A stretch of 64,000 bases of DNA from Pseudogymnoascus verrucosus (lineage: Eukaryota), in assembly GCA_001662655.1 (NCBI GenBank), contig KV460210.1; one strand, written 5' to 3'. The translations under genes were made by a program, and so were the position numbers. The notes below the pieces were generated by a model. The model did no database searches. It had not been told where the DNA came from and saw nothing but the letters and a program-made list of their open reading frames with translations. Below are positions 25,674 to 38,464 of the stretch, piece by piece; position 1 is the stretch's first letter, and the number at the start of each line of letters is the position of its first letter.

Positions 25674-26798
25674 TTAAAAGTTGGCTTTCAGCACGGGTGA
25701 GGCCTTTGGAAACCTGCCCGGCTCCTTCCCTTGTAATAGCGGCCCTCCTATCTTTCCTGCGAACACCCCATTCATCCACGCGGTCGTATACGCCACCAAT
25801 ATCTGCCTCATCTCATCCGGTGCAATCGTACCTAGCACATCCGCCAATGCTGTCGGGTCCTGCCCAGCCGCCTGGAGCAGCGTCGGAACATCCGAGAAGG
25901 TCTGGTGCGTCGTGTTCGCGATGTCGACCCACAGCTTCGGCCCCTTCAGCAGCGGCCATGTCGCCGGCCAGCTTTCATCGGCCATCCCGTGGGACATGAG
26001 CAGCACTGGCTGAGACACTCCTGACGAGGGCGATTCGAGGAAGGTGCCATCCATATTGATCGCGCCACGAATGCGGGTGTCCTGGCTAGCGGCGATGACG
26101 GCAGCAACGCCGCCTAGAGAGTGCCCCAGCATGGCGACGCGGTCGGTTGGGAATGGTCGGGCCCCGCGCTGGGGGAGAAGTTTGGCTATGGCGGTCGCAT
26201 TGCTCAGCTGGTCGATAACAAAGGATGCGTCGGTGGAGCGAATGGGCAGGTGCTCCAGCATGGCCGATAAATCCTGTGTAGTGTCGTTGTTATAAACTGC
26301 GTGGCCATCAGGATAGGTAATGATGTCAGCGTCCCCGGGGTGGTCGATAGTGATGACTATGAAGCCCTCGCTGGCGATGGCAGAGGCAAGGACGTTATAA
26401 TAAAGGCGAGGGATGCTGTAACCAGGAGAGAAGAGCAGAACGGGGACATCATCTAGTGGTGAGCAGCCGGAAGGATAGTCCGAACACACTGGCAGGCGAG
26501 CCTCCAAGAAGAGGGGCGTGAGGTTTGTTGGTATATTGAAGATCTCTTGGAGAAAAGGCCCCTGATAATCGGCGGTTTTGTCAGGCATGTAGTGGACAGG
26601 CACAGTGGATGCACACGTTGCAGGTTGAAATACCGACAGCATCAATGCCCGAGGCGTTGGTTTTTCGGCGTAAGGATCATTGCGGCCGTAGTCGATGAGG
26701 GTCCCAGTCGTCAATGTGACATTGTGCTTACCAGGCGGGTTTGGGACCAGGTACCCAGAAGTCGTGTTGGCGAGCAAAAAGAGAAGAATCTTAAACAT
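25674..26798 (-). CDS. Secreted PAF-acetylhydrolase-like alpha/beta hydrolase
   Basis: Signal-like MFKILLFLLANTTSG; FSPGY, TIDHPGDA, GHSLGG nucleophile, INMDG, HQTFSD. Confidence 0.8.
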   Translation of the reverse strand: MFKILLFLLANTTSGYLVPNPPGKHNVTLTTGTLIDYGRNDPYAEKPTPRALMLSVFQPATCASTVPVHYMPDKTADYQGPFLQEIFNIPTNLTPLFLEARLPVCSDYPSGCSPLDDVPVLLFSPGYSIPRLYYNVLASAIASEGFIVITIDHPGDADIITYPDGHAVYNNDTTQDLSAMLEHLPIRSTDASFVIDQLSNATAIAKLLPQRGARPFPTDRVAMLGHSLGGVAAVIAASQDTRIRGAINMDGTFLESPSSGVSQPVLLMSHGMADESWPATWPLLKGPKLWVDIANTTHQTFSDVPTLLQAAGQDPTALADVLGTIAPDEMRQILVAYTTAWMNGVFAGKIGGPLLQGKEPGRFPKASPVLKANF

Positions 26799-28095
26799 AG
26801 ACTGCATATCTGCGAGTGTCGAGAAGACTGGGGCGTGTGAGGTAGGGGACGACTGGAGAAGGGGGTCCAAACAACTGACGAGCGTTGTTTCGAATTCAGG
26901 CAGAGAGAAGACGATGGCTATCAGGTGGTAAAAGGGGCAGTTATATACTGTGCAACCTTATTCTCTAAGGACTCAGTATATCCCAGGTGTTGGCCGTGAC
27001 GTGTAAAGTACGCCATCGCCGTGGAAACGCTAGGCATGGCTGTTGAGACCATCTCGGCCTTGGATGGTTTGGCAATGTCTGGCTCATCCGCATGCTGTAT
27101 TGAAAATAAAGTTCTACATGCTTGCTTACACTTTCTCTATACTCAAATGTTTCATGATTATAGCTTCCGCTGCTGCGCCCTATATCCGCGTAGGCAATTT
27201 CAAGGGATTCGAGGGGCGGGTTGGGTCACCGAGGCATCTTCATGCCGACTGACCGACATGAGAAACCTAGTCGAACGGCCTTAGTATCAATGCCGGGGAC
27301 CATCAGTACGTAGAGGGAATCAAATGGTCGGATATAAGGCCCGGCCAAGCAGAAAAGGGGACGCTCTTGACATCGAGAAACCAGTTGTATCTATCCATAG
27401 CGTCGTGCAGCCCGGCCAGTGCGGTTCGAGTAAGCGGTGTATCGTTTGACGCGCACTTTGCCGCGTAAGGGAACTCGGCCAGACTTACACTTCATAGGTT
27501 AGCAACTCGACTGCCGTGTATGACAGATAGTTGGGCTTGTCTAGAGAAGGTGTGTTCTATGTACGCGTCTCTCTCCTCCCCTGTAGCCAAGCCACCTTAC
27601 ACAGCCACTCGCTTGAGTCGCTCTCTCTCCAGCAACGACATACGGTAATTAATATTTATTCCGTGACTGGCAGGGTCTCTCTCTAAAAGACTGACTTGAT
27701 CACTCCCAATGCCGCCGAGGACCACATACCACCTCGTTCTTACGGCGACAATCTATGGCGAGATCCACAACGAAAACGGCGGCTTGAATACTAATGCCCG
27801 TGTCGCCAATGACGGCCGCGGATGTTGAACAATCGCCGTTTGTCCTAGATCTTTACTCGTGCTTTATGTGAACACATCCAGAGTATCCAAGATGGTTGCC
27901 CGCCTTCTCTCCCATATGTCCTCTCTTCCTTGGAAGGCGAGGAGAGAGTTCCCCAAAATGACTATTTGCTGACGCCTTTCCAAAGGCTGAAGTCTTTGTT
28001 GGTATACCTTACATAAAGGTTTCATTCATTCACTCAACTGCAGGCGCTGTGGCTTATCTCTGAATTTCATCTTGCAAATATCTATCTAAGACATC

Positions 28096-30042
28096 CTATC
28101 TCCCGGTGTTATCTCCGTATGCCAATTCCTGTTGCTTCAACTCCATTATCTGCTCGCCTTCCTTCTCAGCCTCTGTTTTAGTACTCTTGAATTTCCTTCC
28201 TGGGACTTTCTTCGCGAACAGCTCATCAAGCTCCTTGTATGTCCGTCCTGCCGTCTCAGGCTGATATACCCATAAATATACACATGACAGCAAAGCCAGC
28301 CCTCCGAAGATGAACGAAACCTTCGCTCCTAGGTTTGCTTGGTCCGGGTTGAAGAGCTTAGGGAGTACAAATGCCCACATGGTGTTTAGAGCGTTTTGCG
28401 TGAAGATGCCGATGGCGATGGTTTTGACGCGCAGACGGGACGTCGCCGTCTCAGTGAGGAGAGTATAGGAAACAGCGCCTATGGTTACGTTGTAGGACCA
28501 GCAGTAGATCAGGATGAGGGAGCAGGTGCCTAGAAGATGTCAGTGGACATTCGGAGAGGATATAAAATTAAATATGGATATGTACCTTTCAGGGCACCTG
28601 GAGTTCCAATGACAGCAAGTCCTCCAGTGAGAAGTAGGTCGACGGTTAGGAAGCAGAGACCATATAACATTAGTGGTCTACGACCAACGCGTTCCACAAG
28701 AAACCAGGACATGATATTCCCAATCATAGAGATAACTTGCTGTACAATCTGCAAAATATAACTTTCGCTGGTGGAGTATCCAGCAAGTTGGTAATAGTAG
28801 GTCGAGTAGCTTGCAGCGAAGTAAATACCCGAAAAGGTCTGGATGAGAAAGGGGGCGATAGCGATGCCTGTTCGTCGTAAGTTGGATTTTCGGAAGCACT
28901 CTAGGTAAGTGGCTCCATCGGTCTCGCTTTTGACTTCCTCAAGGGTCAAAATTATCTGCCCTATGCGCATTTTAATTTCGGATGGGGAGTACCCAAGCTT
29001 CTTAAGGGATTTGGCGGCTTTAGCTTCACGACCTTTGCTGAGAAGCCACCATGGGGACTGTATTAATGATTAGCATCGGTCACTCAAAAGACCTACTACT
29101 CACCTCTGGCATAAATGGGAGGAATATTGTTCCAATAGCTGCAACAGCATATTGTGCGACAAAGGTAGAGCGGTAGGCCCATCTGCTTTCTGCGATGCAC
29201 GTCAGAGTCTGAAGTCCAAAGTTCAATTAAATAGGCAGAAAAACTTACCGAGTGTGCCTGTCCCCTTGATGATGAGTGCAACAAGGAAAGGGCCGAGGGT
29301 GAAGGATACTGCAGCTGCACTGCTCACGATACCGCGAAGAACAGTTGGCGTAATCTCGCCAATGTAGGTGAAGGACACGGTAACCAAAGCGCCGATAGCA
29401 AAACCACTATCGAAGAGGTCATATTAGTAGAGTTTCTTAGATATCGTATAAGTCTAGACATACTTCATGAACTTTCCGGCGAAAAACATGGGAGATGTAG
29501 TTGCAACGAACTCGAGAGTGATGCCGACGTATGAAAATACAAGAGCAAGGGCATATGCCCATTTTCTCCCCACCTTATCTGCAAGATAGGCAATCCCGAG
29601 GGATCCAATACAAGCACTATAGATAATTAACCTCAGGAAACCTAGTTGAAGACAAAGGACTCACGATGCAACCGGGGCCCCACTAAAGGCCGCCTGCCAG
29701 TCAACGGGCAGGACATATGAATCCTTATATTTGTAACCAAAGTCCTAGACCGTAAGTTAGATGAGCGAGTTAACTTTATTACTGTGAACCAACCTTTCTG
29801 AACTCTGGAATGCCGAGCACCGCGCCACCTGCTTGGCCTTCAAAACTGTTCAAGATGAGCATCCAGATGGCGTAGATGCACCACAGCATGACCCAGGGAT
29901 TATCTCGAATTGCCTTCAATGGTGTGAGCTCATGCTCCCCTTGATTGGCGAGTCGACCAGTCTGTTCGACGCTCTCAATAAAGTCAACATCGGTCTTCTC
30001 ATTTTTGGGGTTCTCCATTTGTGTTGAATTTGTTTCGACCAT
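28096..30042 (-). CDS. MFS sugar transporter (maltose/alpha-glucoside permease-like), multi-exon
   Basis: GGAVLGIPEFRK.FG, PVDWQAAF, PESPWWL, NLRRT, VERVGRRPL, ETATSRLRVKT, FNPDQANLGAKV, PETAGRTY.ELDELF. Confidence 0.9.
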
Positions 30043-30814
30043 TAAGAGGTCGGACAGAAGAAGTGCCGGTGTTATAATTTATGCAATTGTTTGCTTATAG
30101 TTGCAAGAATCTGATAGATCTTATATATTTCTTCGGATGGGGTCCGAACACCACAGTCGGGATCTCAATAGGCGGAGAAAGAACGCGGGGACGATATTGG
30201 CGCTCTGCAATATGGGGAAGTGGCGGGGAAACTTTAATCGGCGGCCAAAGCCATTCAAGTCATCTGCAAGAGGCATCTGGAAGCGCTACTGTGGTTTGGC
30301 GTTTAGACCGAGACGCGAAGGCATGGTCGCTCTTTCCGTTGTAGATCAGGAAAGTGTGCTGCGAAAATTCATGCCCCTTGAATCCATGACCGTGGTAAAA
30401 GGGGTCATTGCAGAGAAGTGTGGGGTATCCCTTGGAGAAGAGGGGTAATTACTATGGGGCTGGAATGACACCAGCCGAAAATTGTTGTTCAGATGAGGCA
30501 GGTGGAGCCACCGCATTCTTTTCTCGGAGTCCGTTGGAGGCCTGGAACGTGGAAATAGGTAGATCGGCTAAGTAGCACCCATTCCAGGGATTGGTTCAAG
30601 CCGTTCTATTCTATGTTGTATTCCTACAGTGTAATTGCCAAGCCCCGAAACCCCGCAAACCCAATGCCCACGTTGACGGGCCCGCTAAATATCGAAGTGT
30701 GGGGTATAATCAAGTCAACGACGCTCAAGTTCAGTCAGATCGCATGCATCACAAGATTTGCTCATACTATGTTAACTTGTCAACATCGATATTGATGGAA
30801 CAAGTCTCATTAGA

Positions 30815-32343
30815 ATGGCAGGTCTAGAAGACTATGCGTTCGCATATAATGCTACATTAAACACTTCTCCAATGAACCTTTCCACATATGATGAATACTC
30901 GAACGACCCCAGGTTCATAGAGTCACAGAGACAGTTTCGAGCACTATTATTCGATACTGCTCATTCTACGGGCCCTACGAGAGTCGGCAGCCCAGTACCA
31001 GGAGATGGCAAAGATTCAGATTATCTTCACCCTTCGGACTCCAATGCGTCAACGACGGAATGTGGTTCATACATTGGGACGGTTGTGTCGACAGTTGAAC
31101 GCGTAATGTGGCTGAAGAATTACATCAACGAGGTAGCTCCGTGGCTCGACATGTTCGATGCACAGCAGGCCTTCGGGAGGAAAGTTCCTATGCTTGCAAA
31201 GACATCTGCTCCCTTAACGTACGCAATACTCGCCATCTCGGCACGTCAGATGGAACGGCAAAAAAAGCTACGGGGCGATCATAACAGCCTACAGCTTTAC
31301 CAAGAAGCAATCAGATCATTAACGCCACAGCTTCAAGCACGAGACCCAAACATTTTGGCTGCATGCGTGATACTCTGCTGTTTAGAGATGATGTCTGCTG
31401 CTCCAAAGAATTGGAGGAGGCATTTAGATGGATGTGCGGCTCTGTTTAAATCATATGGAATCCATGGATTTAGTACTGGAATCCCTCAGGCCGTGTTTTG
31501 GTGCTATGCAAGGATGGGTACGTTTTATAGAGACCTTTACAAGATAGCTTATTGAGCTGCACCCGTGTAGTCATGTGTCTGTAATTTAGATAGTTGATGT
31601 TTCTTTTTGGCTAACGCGATACACTAGATCTTTGTGCAGCCATCATTTCGGAAGGGGATCAGGGTTCAGTGCTAGATCTCCAGAATTGGCTCCCTGAAAA
31701 TGTTACGGCCTCCCAAGCAGGCGCCCTCTTTCGCTCTTCGGGAATCCCAGACATGTACGCAAACTATGCCGTATGGCTGTGCGCCCGAGCATGTCACTTG
31801 TCCTGGACTCGAACAAGAGCACATGAACCCAAAAATAGCGGGGTCAACACGGAGCCTTTCATTCACTCGTGGCACAATCTTTGGGTTGAAGTGCAGGGCT
31901 GGGCGCAAAAGAGACCGGCCGAAATGCGAGAGTTGGACTTCGCAGGTGGTGGCAGTCAATCTCAAAGCGGACCTTTTCCCTTCATTCTCTTTGCTGCTCC
32001 ATGTGCTATCTCTTCAAACCAACTATATCACACTTCATGTTTACTACTACTCGGTATGAAGCCATTGTCCGTCAACACGCGCGAGATGGGTCATGTTGGC
32101 TCGGCCTTGTGGCATGCCTATAGAATATGTGGTATCTCGATAACAAACTCTCATCACGGCTGCTTGAACAATGCAATCCAGCCTCTTTGGCTGGCGAGCA
32201 AGCTACTTAGCCATCCTGCCGAGCATAGATTGATTGTAGATCTCATCAAAAAGATTGAAACAGTAACTGGGTGGAGCGGAACCTGGAGGATCCGAGACCT
32301 GAGGGAGCTCTGGGGATATGACAAAGACGACCCATCATTTTAA
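30815..32343 (+). CDS. Fungal-specific transcription-factor-domain protein (Fungal_trans_2-like); no Zn2Cys6 motif found
   Basis: YINEVAPWLDMFD..FG..VP.LA, AILAISARQ, WRRHLDG, FWCYARM|DL, NQLYHT, HAYRICGIS, NAIQPLW; intron about 31518-31627. Confidence 0.8.
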
Positions 32344-32378
32344 ATTATGTCTATCTATATTCAAGGCAAAATAATACA

Positions 32379-34727
32379 TTAAAGCTCTATAAATTCGCTC
32401 TTGAGAGCCCGTTGTTGTTCAATAGCGTCTAGATGCGCCAAAATCTTACACGATATAACCTTACCGTCGAATCCGAAATATTTATAGGCGTCTTTTCCGG
32501 GTAAACTTTTCCCAAACGACTTCATCGAGATACTCGCGTCGGCATAACGCTCCCATCCGTTCGCAGCATACGCCTCAACAACCACGACTAGCGTTTCCAC
32601 CCGGCGCAACACGCTTCTTCTGTACTCGCGACTCTGCTCTTCGAATAACCTTTGGCATGGGAAGCTGATGATGCGGGCTTTAACACCATTTCTCTCCAGA
32701 TCCTCAGCAGCTTCGACAGCAAAGCACATTTCGGAGCCGACGCCGATGAGTGTTACTGCTGCATCTTCCTTCTCACGGAATACATAAGCACCATATCTGA
32801 CGGAATATCGATTGCTCTCCACATGCTGCGGTAGATTCTGTCTTGACGTAGAGATAATTGTCGATCTATGCTTAGACTTCAACGCCACAGTCATCGCGCC
32901 AGCAACCTCTTCTGAATCACATGGTCGAATGTATAGGAGATTAGGCATAGCACGGTACAAGGCTGCCAACTCAATGGGCTGGTGAGTAGGTCCGTCTTCT
33001 CCTGTGCCGATGCTGTCGTGGGTTGCTATATGGATGACCTGGAGCTCCTGGAGAGCCCCCATGCGGACTCCAGGCGCGGCGTACTGGAACCACAGTTAAC
33101 TTCGGGAAGCGTCATGAAGTTAATGATAACGTACCAAATAGAACATGAAGAAGCTGGATGTGACGGGTATGATAGTCCCACGGTTGAAGGCAGCAAGTCC
33201 ATTTGCTATAGAAGCCATAGCATGCTCTCTGATACCATAATGTATATAGCGCCCACTGTAGTTGCCATTAATACCACATACGGTTTTAAGGGTGGGCTGC
33301 AGCATAATTAGTCCTCTAGCCCTAGATATATAAGCTGTTGGTGGCACTTACACTTTGAAAGTCCACCTTTCCAGGCCAACTCATATGGACACTTGGTGAT
33401 AGATCTGCAGTGCCTACCATAAAATTCGGAATTGTTTTTGCCAGCGGATTGCAAACAAGGCCTGCAGATTTGCGGCTTGCTGTTGGTGATGTGGGGAACG
33501 ACTTTGGAATAACATTCTCCCAGTTGCTCGGCAGCTCCCCTTTAATTCTTTGCCGCAACTCATCGCCCAACTCTGAGTGGGCTTTGCAGTATGAATCCAG
33601 CAAAACCTCCCATTGGTCCACTGAATCAGCCCGGGAACGGAGGTCCTTTCTAAAGAAGTCATACACTTTGTCCGGAACGTTAAACCGCTCCTCTGGGTCG
33701 AAGCCGAATTTCTGATGAATATTCTTCACGTCTTCTTCACCAAACGCAGCACCATGAGCCTTGGCGTCTCCTGCAACCGCACTTCCAATACCAATCACAG
33801 TGTGGCAGTTGATGAAAGTCGGTTTCTCGCTGCTGTCTCGTGCGGCGGCTAAAGCGTTCGTGATACTTTGCACATCGTTCGACCCGTCTAGAACCTCAAT
33901 AACATTCCACCCGCTCGCCGCCATCTTCGCATTGATATCTTCTGTATTTGCAACATCTGCACTTCCATCACAAGTGACGTTGTTATTGTCAAATATTAAA
34001 ACAAGGTTGTTCAGTTTCCAGTGTCCGGCTAGAGAAATGGCTTCTAGCCCAACACCCTCTTGGAGGCATGCGTCGCCAGTCATACACCAGGTTGTATTGT
34101 TAATAATGTCGAAGCCAGGTCTGTTGTAAGTTGCTGCCAAGTGCTTCGTCGCCATGGCCATTCCAACCGCATTGGCAATTCCTTGGCCAAGAGGACCGGT
34201 CGTGACTTCTATCCCAGTATGCTCTCTCTCCGGATGCCCTGGACAAAATGAGTCTGGGGACGGGGAGTGGTAGGTTTTAAGTTGATCCAAGGTCATATGC
34301 TTGTACCCTAATAAATGAAGAAATGAATATTGAAACAAACACGTATGCCCTTTTAAATTGTTAGATACATTATGATGTTATGCTTGGGGGGGGTCGGGAT
34401 CACTCAACCATTTGATAAGATGAATCTATCGCGATTAAACCACTCCGGGTGATCAGGAGAATATTTCATAGTGTACCGCCAAAGGGCGACACCAATTGCT
34501 GCCATGCCCATCGCACCTCTAATCCTGTTAATAATTGAAAACATCTCAAAAACCTTGTAAGTTGAGGCATACCCTGGATGACCGCCATTGAAATGCTGCA
34601 CGAGGTCTGCTATTAGAACCCGAAACGTCCGCAACACCAAATCATGATCTTCGTGGTCGACAAGACTTAGGTTATGAGACTTTGACTTCACGGTGTCAAA
34701 GTCAACCAGTGTTACGGATGGCGCCAT
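32379..34727 (-). CDS. Transketolase, dihydroxyacetone-synthase-like type, multi-exon
   Basis: GGHPG, NRDRFILSNGH, PGHPE, TTGPLGQG, ThDP motif GDACLQEG..DNN, YGIREHAM, HDSIGTGEDGPTHQP, SRQNL. Confidence 0.92.
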
Positions 34728-35372
34728 TGTTGGAATCGGAGGTGTTTGTACGGGAAATGGATAAACACAACACTCTTAAGAATCGATGTTTAGGTGGCGG
34801 TTATTATAATTGACAGAGCGCGCAGGAAATCTAAAAGGAAGCTGAGATACTATTGCTGCAATATTTGGCAGATCTTGGTCTACCTTTTTTTAAAAAAAAA
34901 CTGAGAATCGAGGAATTATAGCTTTCAGCTCGGAGTTAGAAACGTTAGTGCAAAACTTATTGGAACTCTCATTACATGATGGTAAAACAACTGTAGAGTT
35001 GCTCTTAGTTCCACTTGGTATTCTTCGGTGCTTCCAACTTCCAATTGCGGATGCGGGGTCTGTGTTCCCACTTTCTCAATTGCGGGTCACGTAGCAATCA
35101 ATTTTCCCCCAAGAAGATCTGGTCCAGACTTATGGTCATCTGCACGCCTCCCGTACTCAGAGCATTTTTGATGCTGTACATGTTAGTATTGATCCTTGGC
35201 GCATACATCGGGTGCCTTACAAATTGTCGTTGTAAGACGAAGCTTTCACATGTTTGCGATCCAACTGTTTCTTTACAGGACAGGTATATTAAGTCACAAG
35301 TTTACAGAATTACCATTTGTAATTTGCAATTTTGATAATTAGTACTAAGTTTGAAGCCTCTAAGAGCATTGC

Positions 35373-36571
35373 TCAGTCAAAAATACGTATTGGTTTCTCA
35401 AGATAGAAGCCAGGATCGTTGAATCTGAGGCCCTTGTCAAGATCTGAAATTTCAGCCAGCTCCTCCTCTGTCATCGAAAAGTCATTCACCTCCAAATTCT
35501 GCTGTAGACGTGCCTTGTTATTTGATTTTGGAATAACGGCAATGCCCCTATAGTTGTTAGTACCGCGATAATCTATACACACCTTGCCAATTTCACGTAC
35601 CTTTGAGTAGCCCAGCGTAAGAGAACTTGCCCGGCTGGCCTTCCATGCTTCTCGGAGATCCTTTGAATGACAGGGTTGTCGAATAGCATCGGTACACCTT
35701 CAGCTCTCTTGCTGAATGCCCGAGGAAGTTCAATAAACGACTGTGGACCAAATGTTGAGTATCCCGTAATGGCAATTCCTTCTTCTTGTGCCATTTTGAC
35801 CAACGTGTCCTGTACGAGGTATGGATGGTGTTCAATTTGTAGGCTGGAGATTGGGTGTCGACAATATGAGAGCACATCATAAAGTAATTGCGTCGAGAAG
35901 TTGCTGACACCAATCGAGCGCGCCACGCCCTCGTCGACAAGCTCTTCTAGAGCTTGCCACGTCTCCGATATGGGGACTTTGTCAGTTTCAACAATCTTGC
36001 GATCTTTATCCATCCACCAAGCCTATATACTACTTAGCATCGTGGTACATGCAGGAATGAATGTAATCCGTACCGGATAGCGCAGCGTCTCAGGCTCAAT
36101 ATACTTCAGTGCGACTGGGAAATGAATAAGATAAAGATCAATGTAATCCAATCCCCAGGCGTCTCGTTGTGCGTATGCCATCTGTTTGACGTGTTCTCTG
36201 CACGATCTTTAGTCTCAGACCTGAAGAAGGCTTTTGTACTCCTTACTTTCGGTGATAATTGTTCCACAACTTCGTTGTCACAAATATGTCTTCCCTCTTT
36301 ACGATTCCATCCTCAACTGCTTTCTTGATGCCGAGGCCGGCTTCCTTTTCATTTTGATAATCGTAGGCCCCATCGAACAGCCTGTATCCAGTCTTGATTG
36401 CGTGGTAGACTGTGTCTGCCGTAGTATTTTGGTCAACTTTCCACAGGCCGAAGCCGACAAGTGGCATACTCTGGAATACTTGTCAGCTTACGAAACGATT
36501 GCTGCCATATTATTGGCAATGTCAGGTATGGGGTGGCTTACATGACCTGATGCAAGCTTCACTGTAGCCAT
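35373..36571 (-). CDS. Aldo-keto reductase, D-xylose/aldose reductase-like
   Basis: [64 protein letters not shown]. Confidence 0.9.
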
Positions 36572-36945
36572 TTTTAAATGATAATTATGAGATACGCGGG
36601 TCGTTGTGTTTCTACAGATTCGTATCTCACTCGGTTTGTTTTACTGTAGATTACGGGTCGACTCTTTTATAAAGGTATTGGAGAAAACAAGTCTCTCAAA
36701 AAGTATGAATTAGTGCTTCCCAGCAATCGATGGATAGGCAGTTCTCAAGTCCCGCTTGGGGTGGGGTAGTTCTCCAACGGCGCTTCTAGTTTCCTAAATA
36801 GGAATCTTATGGTGCGTTAACTGCGGGGATCCGGAACTACCTGTCTCTCAGAAGAAGTAAGCTTTGGTAACACCTATCTATATAGGATTATTTCTTGTAT
36901 TTTTTGTTCCTAGAAGTTTCCTACCTCATAATATTTGGGAATATC

Positions 36946-38292
36946 ATGTCGCCTTCGTTAATTGACGCTGTTGAGGAAACACGACAGGAGCTGGGAGCTC
37001 AAGATGTCGCCCCTGTCAAGCAAAATGGATTCAGTCCATCCCAATTTAAAAACCCAAGCCTTCAAGTCACAGCTGATCACAAAGTAAAAATGGTGGATGC
37101 GCCAATTCGAAAGCCTGGCAGCGGGGAGGTTTTACTTCATATCAAAGCGACAGGAATCTGCGGGTAAGTCTCAGGCCTCAGGGTTCTTCTCAGCAACACT
37201 GACCGAAGTAAAGATCTGATATCCATTTCTGGAAGCGAGGCAGGATTGGGTCGCTCACTGTTGAAGGCGATTGTATTCTTGGCCATGAAGCTGCAGGGGT
37301 TATTTTAGAGATCGGGGAGGGGGTATCGGGTCTACAAAAGGGAGACCGCGTCGCGTTGGAACCACAGATCCCCTGCGGAACGTGCTTTTCGTGTACAACA
37401 GGACGTTCCAACCTATGTCCCGATGTTCAATTTATCGGTGTTTATCCACACCATGGTTCACTGCAAAGATTCGTTGTCCACCCTGCTAAATGGGTTCATA
37501 AGTATACATCTCCCAACTCCCCTCAAGGCTGGCGGTGCTGACAACATCCAGACTTCCAGAAAATGTATCATACGCACAGGGTGCCCTTCTTGAACCCCTC
37601 TCCGTAGTCATGCACAGTCTCTCTCGTACTCGCCTATCACTCGGTCGCGGAGCCGTGATTTGCGGTGCAGGACCAATTGGGCTCATTGCTCTTGCAGCAG
37701 CACGAGCGTCCGGAGCCCATCCGCTTGTAATCACTGACTTGGAGCCGAAACGCCTGGCCTTTGCGAAAGACTTTGTGCCGTCTTGCCAGACATATCAAGT
37801 CGATCCTACGCTAAATCCAGAAGGGAATGCAAAAGCGATACGAGCTTTATTCGGCAGTACAGAGTACGAAGCGCCAGAGACCATCTTAGAATGCACGGGC
37901 GTTGAATCAAGTGTTATCACGGCTTCTTTTACAGTCCGGAGAGGAGGAGACCTAGTGGTTATTGGTGTTGGAAAGGACATCATGAACAACCTGCCATTTA
38001 TGCATATAAGCTTATCGGAGGTAAGTTCATTTGCTCCGCATGAGAATCATCCACCTGGATGTATATGTGCTTACAAATTTTGACACAGATTAACTTGAAA
38101 TTTATCAATCGATACTGTGATACCTGGCCAGCAGGTATATCAGCATTGAGTGGGGGCGTACTCAATCTTGACAAGTTAATTACGCACACCTTCCCGCTGG
38201 AACAAGCTTTGGACGCGATGGAATTATGTTCTAATGTTGCGTTGGGGAGTATAAAAATCCAAGTCGTGGATGATCGGGACATCGAGCCCTGA
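36946..38292 (+). CDS. Zn-dependent polyol dehydrogenase (L-arabinitol 4-dehydrogenase/sorbitol DH-like)
   Basis: NPSLQVTADH, TGICGSDIHFW, GHEAAG, structural Zn CGTCFSC..GRSNLC, LLEPLSV, GAGPIG, ECTGVESS, FINRY. Confidence 0.9.
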
Positions 38293-38464
38293 GGTAAGAG
38301 GGATGTGTGATAGATGTGTTGTAGTACAACCTAAGAAACTATAAACACATTTCAACTTCCAACTGTACGCGCTTCAGCAAAGTTGATTATCTCGTTGAAT
38401 TACGGTACAGTAGCTTAGTATAGCAATATATATAGTTATGGACTGTAAGTTCAAGCTAACTAGA

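Noticed and set aside
32379..34727. Methanol-utilisation (DAS) cluster
   Set aside because: No alcohol oxidase, formaldehyde dehydrogenase or DHA kinase nearby; the neighbours point to sugar/polyol catabolism.
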